This document shows positions 42,794 to 51,493 of a DNA stretch of 64,000 nucleotides, piece by piece (position 1 is the stretch's first letter; the number at the start of each line of letters is the position of its first letter). The stretch comes from Parcubacteria group bacterium. GTDB lineage: Bacteria; Patescibacteriota; Minisyncoccia; Minisyncoccales; UBA10102. The stretch is taken from the NCBI GenBank assembly GCA_016203945.1, contig JACQLT010000002.1, positions 157,189 through 221,188 of the forward strand, in the 5' to 3' direction. The position numbers were made by a program, and so were the translations under genes. The notes below the pieces were generated by a model. It worked only from the letters and a program-made list of their open reading frames with translations. It had not been told where the DNA came from and searched no databases.

Positions 42794-43332
42794 GCGGACA
42801 CAGCCACGCAAAAAAAGTAAAGCACCAGAAGGAAGCTACCGCAGCTGAGCGCAGCAAGATTTTTTCAAAACTCTCAAACGAGATTACTGTTGCCGCGCGC
42901 TCCGGAGGCAAAGACCCTGTAAGCAATCCCCGACTCAGAACCGCCATTGAGAAGGCGAGGGACGTGAATATGCCTTCAGACAATGTCGAGAGGGCTGTGC
43001 GCCGGGGCACCGGAGAAGAAACGGGGCAGGTATTAGAAGAGCTTCTTTTGGAAGCGCTCGGCCCCAACAACACCGCCATTCTCATTGAGGTCATCACCGA
43101 CAACCGGAACAGAACGCTTGGAGAGATGCGCCGCATCCTCCAGGAGCATCAAGGAAAGCTCGTTAGCGAAGGAAATGTCAGGTGGATGTTTGAGCGGCAG
43201 GGAGGCGAATGGGTCCCGAAGAGCGATGTTGTCGTGGCGGCGGACGAACCAACAACCCAGCTCTTAGACAAGCTCTTTGATGCGCTGGAGGAGAACGACT
43301 CTGTCCAGGAAATCTATTCAACCCTGCCTTGA
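42790..43332 (+). CDS. YebC/PmpR-family protein (short, 180 aa)
   Basis: Reads [57 protein letters not shown]. It lies between ruvB and ruvC. Confidence 0.85.
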   Translation: [180 protein letters not shown]

Positions 43333-43808
43333 ATATGCGCATCCTGGGGATTGATCCTGGAACCGCCATCACGGGATACGGAGTAATAGAGAAGAAGGGG
43401 CGTGGAGGCATTCACATAGCCCACGGCTGCATCACCACAAACAAAGACGCCACAAAAGAAAGGCGCCTTCTTCTTCTTGAACGAGGAATGGCGGTGCTCT
43501 TCAAGCAATACAAGCCAGATGTTGTCGCGGTTGAATCCCTGTATTTCTTCAAGAATCTCAAGACGGCCCTCCCTGTTTCGGAAGCCAGGGGCGTCATCCT
43601 CCTCACCGTAGCGAAGCACAAGGTTCCCTTGTACGAGTTCACGCCTCCGCAAGTGAAGATGTCGGTGACGGGCTACGGAAGGGCGGAAAAGAAACAGATG
43701 CAAAAAATGGTGCAACTGCACCTGAAACTTGAGTCCCTCCCAAAGCCGGACGACGCAGCCGACGCCTTAGCGGTTGCTCTCGCCTGCTCATCTTTTATGC
43801 GCTCATAG
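43329..43808 (+). CDS. ruvC: Crossover junction endodeoxyribonuclease RuvC
   Basis: Contains MRILGIDPGTAITGYGVIE and the C-terminal motif PDDAADALAVAL. Confidence 0.9.
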   Translation: MNMRILGIDPGTAITGYGVIEKKGRGGIHIAHGCITTNKDATKERRLLLLERGMAVLFKQYKPDVVAVESLYFFKNLKTALPVSEARGVILLTVAKHKVPLYEFTPPQVKMSVTGYGRAEKKQMQKMVQLHLKLESLPKPDDAADALAVALACSSFMRS

Positions 43809-43885
43809 ACATCCCGCCTCCGCTCCGTCCGCCATGCCCACGGTCTACCCGAACTTCGCTTCGGCGGGACGTCTCCTTGCTCTCG

Positions 43886-45025
43886 TTAGGCTATTCTCGC
43901 AAAACGCCTACCAACGCGAATTATCCCTCCCTCCAGAATATTTTTTTGGGGATTTGATACGGTCTCCCATTCGGATGCACCTGGCTTCTTGTACTGCACC
44001 CCTTTTTGCCCCACCAGCCTCCATGCCTGACTTTTGCTTGAGGCGATCTTAGTTTCTATCAGAATAGAAACGATGTCTTTGGGCAAATCAATGTGAAACT
44101 CGGGGATTTCGCTTGGCATCTCTTTTTTTCTAAATACCCGCTCAAACTCTTCTTCTGCTTCTTTCGCTTTCTTTTCGCCGTGATACATGCGCACGATTTC
44201 TCTGGCGAGCTGTGCTTTGAGGTCGCGTGGAGCCACGGCCGTCGGAGAAACGTCCGTACAAAGCTTGAAATACTGCGGGATAAGGTTGTCGTTCAAGCTC
44301 ATGAGTTTCCCGTACATGTCTTCCGGAACATCGAGAAGGTTCACGGTATTTCCATAGCTCTTACTCATCTTTCTTCCATCTAAACCGGGGAGTATGGGCA
44401 CCATAACAACAAACTTTTCTTTCTTTTTCATGGATTCCAAGAGCCGACGGCCAACCAGCATGTTAAAGGTTTGATCTGTGCCCCCAAGCTCTGCGTCCAC
44501 ATCCATTGCCACGGAATCATACCCCTGAAGGAGCGGGTACAAAAATTCGTGCAACCATATCTCCCGCCCTTCTTTGATCCTTTCTTGAAACATATCCCTC
44601 TCAAGAAGACGGGAAACGGTAAGGCGCGAAGCTATCTTTAATGTCTCGTCCAACTTCAGCTTTCCCAGCCACGCCCCGTTTTCTTTGTACACGGTTTTAG
44701 AATTGTTCAAAATAAGCCCTGCTTGTTTCTTGTAGGTCGCCATATTGGCGGCAATCTCTTTTGGCCCTAAGGGCTGGCGCATCTTGTCTCGTCCTGAAGG
44801 ATCTCCGATTCGCGCGGTGAACGTCCCAAACAACAGCACCACCTCGTGCCCGAGGTCCTGAAACTGGCGCAGCTTGCGCAACGCTACCGCGTGTCCCAAA
44901 TGCAAATTTGGAGACGTGGGGTCTACTCCCAAATATATCCGTATCTTGCGTTTTTGTATTAGGGCCTCAAGCCCCTCTTTGTTTGGAAGGACCTGGGCGA
45001 CTCCTCGATCCAATAGTTTCTCCAT
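43886..45025 (-). CDS. tyrS: Tyrosyl-tRNA synthetase
   Basis: Contains GVDPTSPNLHLGHAV (HIGH), KMSKSYGN and a C-terminal S4-like domain. Confidence 0.95.
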   Translation of the reverse strand: MEKLLDRGVAQVLPNKEGLEALIQKRKIRIYLGVDPTSPNLHLGHAVALRKLRQFQDLGHEVVLLFGTFTARIGDPSGRDKMRQPLGPKEIAANMATYKKQAGLILNNSKTVYKENGAWLGKLKLDETLKIASRLTVSRLLERDMFQERIKEGREIWLHEFLYPLLQGYDSVAMDVDAELGGTDQTFNMLVGRRLLESMKKKEKFVVMVPILPGLDGRKMSKSYGNTVNLLDVPEDMYGKLMSLNDNLIPQYFKLCTDVSPTAVAPRDLKAQLAREIVRMYHGEKKAKEAEEEFERVFRKKEMPSEIPEFHIDLPKDIVSILIETKIASSKSQAWRLVGQKGVQYKKPGASEWETVSNPQKNILEGGIIRVGRRFARIA

Positions 45026-45063
45026 TATTGATTCACTCTACCATAAATGATATCTTTTGGGGT

Positions 45064-46971
45064 ATGCGCAAGAGAAAGCTTCTCGGGTTGCGACCCACCG
45101 CGCTTTTACAGTGGCTGCTCGCAATATTCTTTATCCTCTTTATCCTCGCTTCAGCCGTCTTTTTATATTATGCCAAAGACCTTCCTAGGCCGGAAAATTT
45201 TTCCGAGCTCTCGTTTGCAGAGCCGACTCGCATCTACGACAGGACTGGAGAACATCTTCTGTACGAACTATATGGCAAAGAGAAGCGCAAGACCGTAGCG
45301 TTGCAAGAGATCCCCGACTCCTTGAAACAAGCGATCGTCGCCACGGAGGACTCTTATTTCTATTCCCATTGGGGGCTGGACTGGCGCGGATTGGCGCGCG
45401 CCGTGTTTGCAAATATTCGACTTCTTTCTCCCTCGCAGGGCGGCAGCACGCTTACCCAGCAGCTTGTACGCACGGCCTTTTTGTCTCGTACAAAAACAAT
45501 TGACCGGAAAATCAAAGAGCTCGTGCTTACTTTAGAGGTGGAGCGCAGGTATTCAAAAGATCAAATCCTTGAGCTTTATCTTAATCAGGTACCCTTGGGT
45601 TCTAACGCATACGGAGTGGCAGAGGCCGCAAACGCCTACTTCGCAAAAGAAGTCGGCACGCTTACGCTTGAAGAATCTGCTGTTTTAGCTGCCATGATTA
45701 AGGCCCCAAGCTACTATTCGCCCTTTGGCTTACATCAAGAAGAGCTGTCTGGAAGAAAAGATTATGTGTTGGGCCGCATGGTGGATCGCAGATACATTTC
45801 TCAAGAGCAAGCTGACGAGGCAGAAAGTAGGCGCGTCCAGTTCGCGGATTCCGTACAGGGCATCGAGGCCCCTCACTTCTCGCTCATGGTCACCGATGAA
45901 CTCGTAACCCGGTACGGGGAGGATTTCGTGCGGGAGAACGGGCTTCGGGTCGTCACCACGCTTGATTGGGATCTTCAAAAGGCGGCCGAGGAAGCCGTGA
46001 ATAAGTTTGCGGAGCAGAACATTGCGTACGGCGCGCACAACGCGGCGCTCACGGCGATTGATCCGCGCACGGGGGAGATATTGGCCATGGTGGGCTCACG
46101 CAACTGGTTTGGGGACTCAGAGCCCGCGAATTGCACATCGGGGTCCTCGTGCACCTTTGACCCGAAGCTGAATGTTGCAACGGCGCTTCCGGGCCGCCAG
46201 CCGGGATCCTCATTCAAGCCCTTCGTATACGCAGAGGCGTTCTTGAAGGGCGCCACTGACCAAACCGTCGTCGTTGACGAACCTACCAACTTTGGAATTT
46301 GGGGGGATGAGGAATACGCGCCCCAAAACTATGACGGAAAATTCCGCGGACCAGTCACGCTGAGATCCGCGCTCGCCCAATCATTAAACGTGCCCTCGGT
46401 AAAAGTATTGGCTGACATCGCAGGGCTCCAAGACAGCATTGAGCTCGCAAAGCGCATGGGCATCACAACGCTCACCAGAGAGCCCTCGTTCTACGGCCTG
46501 GCGCTCGTGCTGGGGGGCGGGGAAGCCCGACTCCTTGATATGGTTTCTGCCTACGGCGTTTTTGCCAACGCAGGGAAACGCGTCCCTCCGTTCGCCGTCT
46601 CGCGCGTTGAGGATTCCGGGGGGTCTGTGCTGGAAGAGCGCCAGAACCTATCGCAAAGCATACTGCCTGTCGAAGTTGCGCAAACAATCACAGATATACT
46701 TTCTGACAACCTGGCGAGAACTTCCATATTCGGAGCCCGCTCTCCGCTCTACTTTGCAAATACCAGGGTCGCCGTAAAAACAGGGACGACCCAAAACTAC
46801 AAAGACGGGTGGATCATCGGATACACCCCAGACATCGTTGCCGGGGTGTGGGTTGGCAACAATAACGGAGAAGAGATGGGGCAGGAGCCGGGCTCCGTGG
46901 TCGCCGGCCCCATGTGGCATCAATTCATGGAGTATGCAATATCCGCAAGAAGGAGCGCCTCGGGAAATTAG
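45064..46971 (+). CDS. Class A penicillin-binding protein (glycosyltransferase plus transpeptidase)
   Basis: From ATG 45064 there is an N-terminal TM segment. It has the GT51 motifs EDSYFYSHWG and GGSTLTQQ, and the TPase motifs SSFKP (SxxK) and KTGTT. Confidence 0.9.
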   Translation: MRKRKLLGLRPTALLQWLLAIFFILFILASAVFLYYAKDLPRPENFSELSFAEPTRIYDRTGEHLLYELYGKEKRKTVALQEIPDSLKQAIVATEDSYFYSHWGLDWRGLARAVFANIRLLSPSQGGSTLTQQLVRTAFLSRTKTIDRKIKELVLTLEVERRYSKDQILELYLNQVPLGSNAYGVAEAANAYFAKEVGTLTLEESAVLAAMIKAPSYYSPFGLHQEELSGRKDYVLGRMVDRRYISQEQADEAESRRVQFADSVQGIEAPHFSLMVTDELVTRYGEDFVRENGLRVVTTLDWDLQKAAEEAVNKFAEQNIAYGAHNAALTAIDPRTGEILAMVGSRNWFGDSEPANCTSGSSCTFDPKLNVATALPGRQPGSSFKPFVYAEAFLKGATDQTVVVDEPTNFGIWGDEEYAPQNYDGKFRGPVTLRSALAQSLNVPSVKVLADIAGLQDSIELAKRMGITTLTREPSFYGLALVLGGGEARLLDMVSAYGVFANAGKRVPPFAVSRVEDSGGSVLEERQNLSQSILPVEVAQTITDILSDNLARTSIFGARSPLYFANTRVAVKTGTTQNYKDGWIIGYTPDIVAGVWVGNNNGEEMGQEPGSVVAGPMWHQFMEYAISARRSASGN

Positions 46972-48092
46972 GTCTTGAGAGGCATCACCACATACAGGCA
47001 GTCCTCTTCTTTTACGCCCTTCAACAGGGCGGGGCCGTCTTCCCCGCTCAGCGAGAACTCCACGACGTCGTCTCTAATGGATGCTAAGCCGTCGCTCAAG
47101 AACCTCCAACTGAAGGACGTTTCCTGGGGGGTCCCCTCTACCGCGGCAGCCATGAAAGAAATGTTCTCTCCGAGGTCCGGGCTCTGACTGCGGAACTCAA
47201 CCCCTTTCTTTTTGGGGTCAATGACAAGCCGTACTTCGTTTATCCTGTTCGCAAACACGCTGGCCGCCTTGAGGTGGTTGAGAAACTCTGCGCGCTTGGC
47301 GCGGACGCTCACCTGAAACGTTTTTGGAATGATTTCTTGGTAATTCGGATATTCCCCGTCGATGAGCCTTGAGATCAGATGGATCTGGGGCTGGGAAGCG
47401 TCTTCTGGCGAAACGTGTTCAAATTCCACTTGAGTGGGGGACTTCGTGATTCGTATGGCCCCACTCTTTCCTCCGAATATTGCTGTGATCTCGCGAGCCG
47501 CTCTCTGGGGAAGGATAAACGAGGCGTCACTCCCCTTCTTCTGAAGATTGATGACGCATTCTCCCAGCCGGAAGCTGTCTGTGGCAGCCGTCCGACACTC
47601 TTTTTGAGAGAAGCTGAACAACACTCCTGAAATTTCGGGCCTTGTGGTGCCAAAAGACGCGATCCCGGAAACCCTGTTCAGCGCCTCGCAGAGTTGAGCG
47701 GCGCCGATTTCAATCTCTTCTGTCTTGTTTTGAATACTTGGAATGACCGGGAATTCTTCTCCTGGAAGCATCCGCAGTGTCGCCTTATTGTTTTCTCCCT
47801 CTACCACCAGCCCTTTTTCTTTGGCCTCAAGGGTCGCCTGCTCGCCAGGAAGAGTGCTGATGAGTTGGGATAGGATTTTTGCTGGCACCACAGCCTGCCA
47901 TTCCCCCGTGTTTTTTGAAAGTATCTGATACATAATTGCGAACTCCAGGTTGGTGGCAGAAATCTCGAGAATATTTTTTGTTCCGCGTAATAATATATTT
48001 CCTAAAATTGGCAATGACGCAGATTTTCCAGAAATACGTTCTCCGGTTTGTAACCCTTGCCGCAAGTTTTCTTTCAACACGACAGACTTCAT
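46968..48092 (-). CDS. dnaN: DNA polymerase III beta sliding clamp
   Basis: 374 aa with a three-domain pattern. Contains LPILGNILL, and it sits directly downstream of dnaA. Confidence 0.9.
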   Translation of the reverse strand: MKSVVLKENLRQGLQTGERISGKSASLPILGNILLRGTKNILEISATNLEFAIMYQILSKNTGEWQAVVPAKILSQLISTLPGEQATLEAKEKGLVVEGENNKATLRMLPGEEFPVIPSIQNKTEEIEIGAAQLCEALNRVSGIASFGTTRPEISGVLFSFSQKECRTAATDSFRLGECVINLQKKGSDASFILPQRAAREITAIFGGKSGAIRITKSPTQVEFEHVSPEDASQPQIHLISRLIDGEYPNYQEIIPKTFQVSVRAKRAEFLNHLKAASVFANRINEVRLVIDPKKKGVEFRSQSPDLGENISFMAAAVEGTPQETSFSWRFLSDGLASIRDDVVEFSLSGEDGPALLKGVKEEDCLYVVMPLKT

Positions 48093-48214
48093 AATAAATA
48101 TTCTTATTTTTTAATACTACTTATTATATATTAGCGCTGTGGGAAAAATACGTTTGTGTGTTATTTGTGCTCGTGTGGGCTCGTGGAAATCGTGTGGACG
48201 AACAAGGGAAAACA
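48093..48214. other. Candidate oriC segment (AT-rich unwinding element plus clustered DnaA-box-like motifs) in the dnaA-dnaN spacer
   Basis: 48093-48134 is roughly 90% A+T. Four same-orientation TGTGG(A/G)-type motifs follow: TGTGGGAAA at 48138, TGTGGGC at 48174, CGTGGAAAT at 48182 and TGTGGACG at 48193. Each matches TGTGGATAA at 6-7 of 9 positions. Confidence 0.45.
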
Positions 48215-49609
48215 TTAGTTCCCATAAATACGCTGTCTTATCAACGACATTTCATCAACCAAAAACTCAGAGGCAAGGAGCTCTTGGGCGACCCTTTGGC
48301 ACGCATACATTGCGGTGGTGTGATCCTTCCCGCCGAAGCGCTCGCCAATGAAAGGATACGAACTTTTCAGTTCTTCCCTGAGAAGATACATGGCGATTTG
48401 TCTGGGCTTCACCACTTCTTTCTTTCTGGAGGCGGTTATGAGTTCTTTCTCTTTGATGTCGTAGAACTCGGCGACCGCGCGGATGATTTTCTGGGGATTT
48501 GCCTGCCTTCCGTGGTTTTGGATAACAGTGCGGAGAAGGGTCCTCGCCTCAGTAAAGGAGGGCTCTTCCCCGTTGAGCCGTTGGAACGCCAAAATCCTGT
48601 TAAGCGCCCCTTCCAGCTCCCTCACATTTCTTTGGATATGGGAAGCGATATATCCCAGCGTCTCTTCTGACGGAGAAACTCCGAGCTCCTGAGCCTTGGT
48701 TTTCAATATAGCCAGGCGCGTCTCAAAGTCGGGGACTCCGACGTCAGCTATCATTCCGCCCTCAAAGCGCGAACGCAGGCGTTCTTCAAGGGCGGGGATG
48801 GCCTTTGGTGGACGATCCGAAGAAAAGATAATTTGTTTACCCCGCTCATAGAGCGTGTTGAAGGTATGGAATAATTCTTCCTGGGTTTTTTCTTTGCCCG
48901 CGAAAAACTGGACGTCGTCCATAACCAAGACGTCAATTTCTCGGTAGAGAGACCGTAGCTGCTCCATGGTCTTGTTGCGGATGGCTGCTACCACAGAGGA
49001 GGTGAAGCGCTCTGAAGACACATACCGTATCTTCTTGTCGGGCATCTCAGAGGAGATGGCGTTGCCCACCGCCTGCAGAAGATGGGTTTTCCCCAGCCCC
49101 ACGCCTCCGTATACAAAGAGCGGGTTATAGACCTGGCCAGGATTCTTGATGATGGCCATGGACGCCGCGTGCGCGAGCTCGTTGAAGGGCCCCACGACGA
49201 AATTATCCAGGGAGTATCGGGGATTGAGGTTCGTTGATTTGCTTATCCTAAAGTCCGCAAGCGTAAGCTGCGCCTCGCCAGCCGCCTGTTCGCTCCGGCC
49301 GTTCGCCCCTTGGTCTGAGCGGCTCGAGGACGCAGAGGACCTCTCTACCTCGTAGCGGATTTCCCGGACGCCCTTGGTAAGATCGTGTATGGCGTGGGAC
49401 ACAAGGCGATTATATTTGTTCTGCAGCCACTCTCGCGAGAACCCGTTTGGCACGGAAACAACAATCTCCCCGTCTTTTTGAGAGACAATAGAGGTGTTCT
49501 TGAACCAGGTCGCAAAGTTCGCCCTGGAGATCTGAAGCTGAATACTGGCAAGGGCGGCCTGCCAGAGCTCCTCATTGGTCATACGTGGATTATATGTAAG
49601 TAGGGGCAC
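48215..49609 (-). CDS. dnaA: Chromosomal replication initiator DnaA
   Basis: Contains the FxxFVVGPFNELAHAA pattern, Walker A GGVGLGKTHLL, Walker B LVMDDVQF, and the domain IV sequence RKKEVVKPRQIAMYL. The start could be M10 (49582). Confidence 0.95.
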   Translation of the reverse strand: MPLLTYNPRMTNEELWQAALASIQLQISRANFATWFKNTSIVSQKDGEIVVSVPNGFSREWLQNKYNRLVSHAIHDLTKGVREIRYEVERSSASSSRSDQGANGRSEQAAGEAQLTLADFRISKSTNLNPRYSLDNFVVGPFNELAHAASMAIIKNPGQVYNPLFVYGGVGLGKTHLLQAVGNAISSEMPDKKIRYVSSERFTSSVVAAIRNKTMEQLRSLYREIDVLVMDDVQFFAGKEKTQEELFHTFNTLYERGKQIIFSSDRPPKAIPALEERLRSRFEGGMIADVGVPDFETRLAILKTKAQELGVSPSEETLGYIASHIQRNVRELEGALNRILAFQRLNGEEPSFTEARTLLRTVIQNHGRQANPQKIIRAVAEFYDIKEKELITASRKKEVVKPRQIAMYLLREELKSSYPFIGERFGGKDHTTAMYACQRVAQELLASEFLVDEMSLIRQRIYGN

Positions 49610-49666
49610 GCAGTCAAAACAAGCTCAATCTACGACCCCCTGTGTACAGCTTGTGCAAAACATGGG

Positions 49667-49694
49667 GACAAAAGCAAAGACTTTTGCTTTTGTC
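49667..49694. repeat. Perfect 12-bp inverted repeat with a 4-nt loop in the dnaA-rpmH spacer
   Basis: GACAAAAGCAAA-gact-TTTGCTTTTGTC. Two more GC-rich palindromes lie nearby: CATCCGCC-ttg-GGCGGATG (49713-49731) and CCGCC-ata-GGCGG (49757-49769). Confidence 0.6.
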
Positions 49695-49821
49695 GGGAGC
49701 ATATCTATTAATCATCCGCCTTGGGCGGATGTATGGGTAGGAAATGCTCCCAGGGTCCGCCATAGGCGGGTACCTTATGTGGCTTGTAAAAACATCCGTT
49801 CGCATATATACTGTAAGCTAT

Positions 49822-49956
49822 ATGAGTTTCACCTACAAACCAAAAAGAAAGAAGAGAATGCGCACCCACGGATTCCTGAAACGAAAAAAAGATTCCGGGG
49901 GGAAAAACGTTCTGCGCAATAGGCGAAGGAAAGGAAGAAAGCGGCTAACGGTGTAA
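49822..49956 (+). CDS. rpmH: Ribosomal protein L34
   Basis: From ATG 49822 it reads [44 protein letters not shown]. Confidence 0.9.
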   Translation: MSFTYKPKRKKRMRTHGFLKRKKDSGGKNVLRNRRRKGRKRLTV

Positions 49957-49963
49957 CTCCCCC

Positions 49964-50302
49964 ATGTTTCCCAAACCAAACCGACTTACCAAGAGCAGAG
50001 AGATCCGGGAGGTACTGCGAAAAGGAGGGGGGGTGAAGCGAAGCACCCTTCTTCTGAAAGCGGGAGCTCCGGTATCGCCTCCGAAGTTCGCAGTCGTGGT
50101 GGGTCGCAAGGTTTCCAAACGCTCGACGGTGAGGAACAAGATTAGGCGACGGATTCGGGAAGCTCTCCGCCGCGAGCTGGGAACGACAAAAAGAGGGAGC
50201 TATGTAGTACTGGCCCTGCCGGGGTCCGCGAACCTCGGGTTCCAGGACATATGCAACGCTCTCAGGCAAGCCCTTCAACAGATACGCAATTCTCATGATT
50301 AA
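49964..50302 (+). CDS. rnpA: RNase P protein component
   Basis: 112 aa. Contains RLTKSREIREVLRKG and KVSKRSTVRNKIRRRIREA (the RNR motif). It sits in the rpmH-rnpA-yidC order. Confidence 0.85.
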   Translation: MFPKPNRLTKSREIREVLRKGGGVKRSTLLLKAGAPVSPPKFAVVVGRKVSKRSTVRNKIRRRIREALRRELGTTKRGSYVVLALPGSANLGFQDICNALRQALQQIRNSHD

Positions 50303-51029
50303 TTTGATTGTTTCTCTGTATAATCTTTTTATCTATCAGCCGCTTTTGAACGGCCTGGTATTGTTGTATGAGCTTCTTCCGTGGCAAGACCTGGGGATAG
50401 CCGTCATCGCGCTCACGCTTCTCGTGCGCATCATTTTGTTCCCTCTTAATAGCCAGGCCTTTCAGGCCCAAAAGCGGCTTCAACTCTTGCAGCCCAAACT
50501 CCAGGAGCTGCAGAAAAGACTGCAGCATAACAAGGAAAAACAAGTTGCAGAAACCCTTGCTCTCTATAAAACAGAAGGGATCAGTCCTTTTGCGGGGCTT
50601 CTCCCTCTTCTCATCCAGATTCCCCTTCTCGTCGCGCTCTACCATCTCTTTTTTGCGTTCGGTGCAAAAGATGGGCTTCAGGCGTCTCAACTTCAGCTTC
50701 TCTACTCTTTTGTCTCTCCGCCGGGAGATGTCAACCCCATGTTTTTGGGGGTAGTGAATCTCAGTACTGGCTGGGTGGCTTCAGCCGCGCTCGCCGTTGT
50801 GGCAGGAGCCCTTCAATTCGTGCAGACGCGCCAAGCCCTTCCCAAGAAACCCTCGGCAAAAGAGGCCGCCTCTCCTTTCATGAAAGCGTTTCAGCGGCAG
50901 GCAACATACCTGTTCCCGCTGGTCACCGTATTCATTTTATTCCGGCTTCCGGCCGCCATTGGTCTCTACTGGGCGACGACTACGCTGTTCTCCATTTGGC
51001 AGCAGGGAAGAATATTGAAAAAATCATGA
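50295..51029 (+). CDS. yidC: Membrane protein insertase YidC (short Gram-positive-like form)
   Basis: 244 aa. Contains the LLVRIILFPL, LQPKLQELQKR, NPFAG-like and LYWATTTLFSIWQQ motifs. Confidence 0.9.
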   Translation: MINLIVSLYNLFIYQPLLNGLVLLYELLPWQDLGIAVIALTLLVRIILFPLNSQAFQAQKRLQLLQPKLQELQKRLQHNKEKQVAETLALYKTEGISPFAGLLPLLIQIPLLVALYHLFFAFGAKDGLQASQLQLLYSFVSPPGDVNPMFLGVVNLSTGWVASAALAVVAGALQFVQTRQALPKKPSAKEAASPFMKAFQRQATYLFPLVTVFILFRLPAAIGLYWATTTLFSIWQQGRILKKS

Positions 51030-51493
51030 GCGCTGAACCAACAATTGAAATAGCAAAGCTGCTCGTCAAAGAGCTGTTCTCGCGCCTGGGGATCAAAGAA
51101 GCTCCGGCCGTGAGCATGCCAGACGGGCAGACCCTGCAGGTGACCCTGACAATAGAAGACCCCAAGACCCTTATTGGAGAACGCGGCCAGACGCTGTTTG
51201 AAATCCAGCATCTTCTGCGCGCTATGCTCAGAAAAAAACTTCAGCAAGACCCCCCCCGCGTATTCCTGGATATCAACGACTACCGCAAGAGCAAGGAAGA
51301 ATATCTTCGGGACGCAGCCCGGCTGGCGGCCGACGAAGCGGTGCTGCTCAGTAAGCCCCGCGAGCTCGAGGCAATGTCGGCGGCTGACCGCAGGATCGTG
51401 CACATGGAATTAGCCCAGCGCTCAGACGTTGCCTCCGAGAGCATAGGAGAAGGAGAAGAGAGAAGGGTGGTGATAAAGCCGAGGGCATCCTAA
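51026..51493 (+). CDS. jag: Jag/SpoIIIJ-associated KH plus R3H RNA-binding protein
   Basis: Contains a KH motif (LIGERGQTL) and an R3H motif (MSAADRRIVHMEL...ESIGEGEERRVVI). An ATGA overlap links it to the yidC stop. Confidence 0.85.
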   Translation: MSAEPTIEIAKLLVKELFSRLGIKEAPAVSMPDGQTLQVTLTIEDPKTLIGERGQTLFEIQHLLRAMLRKKLQQDPPRVFLDINDYRKSKEEYLRDAARLAADEAVLLSKPRELEAMSAADRRIVHMELAQRSDVASESIGEGEERRVVIKPRAS

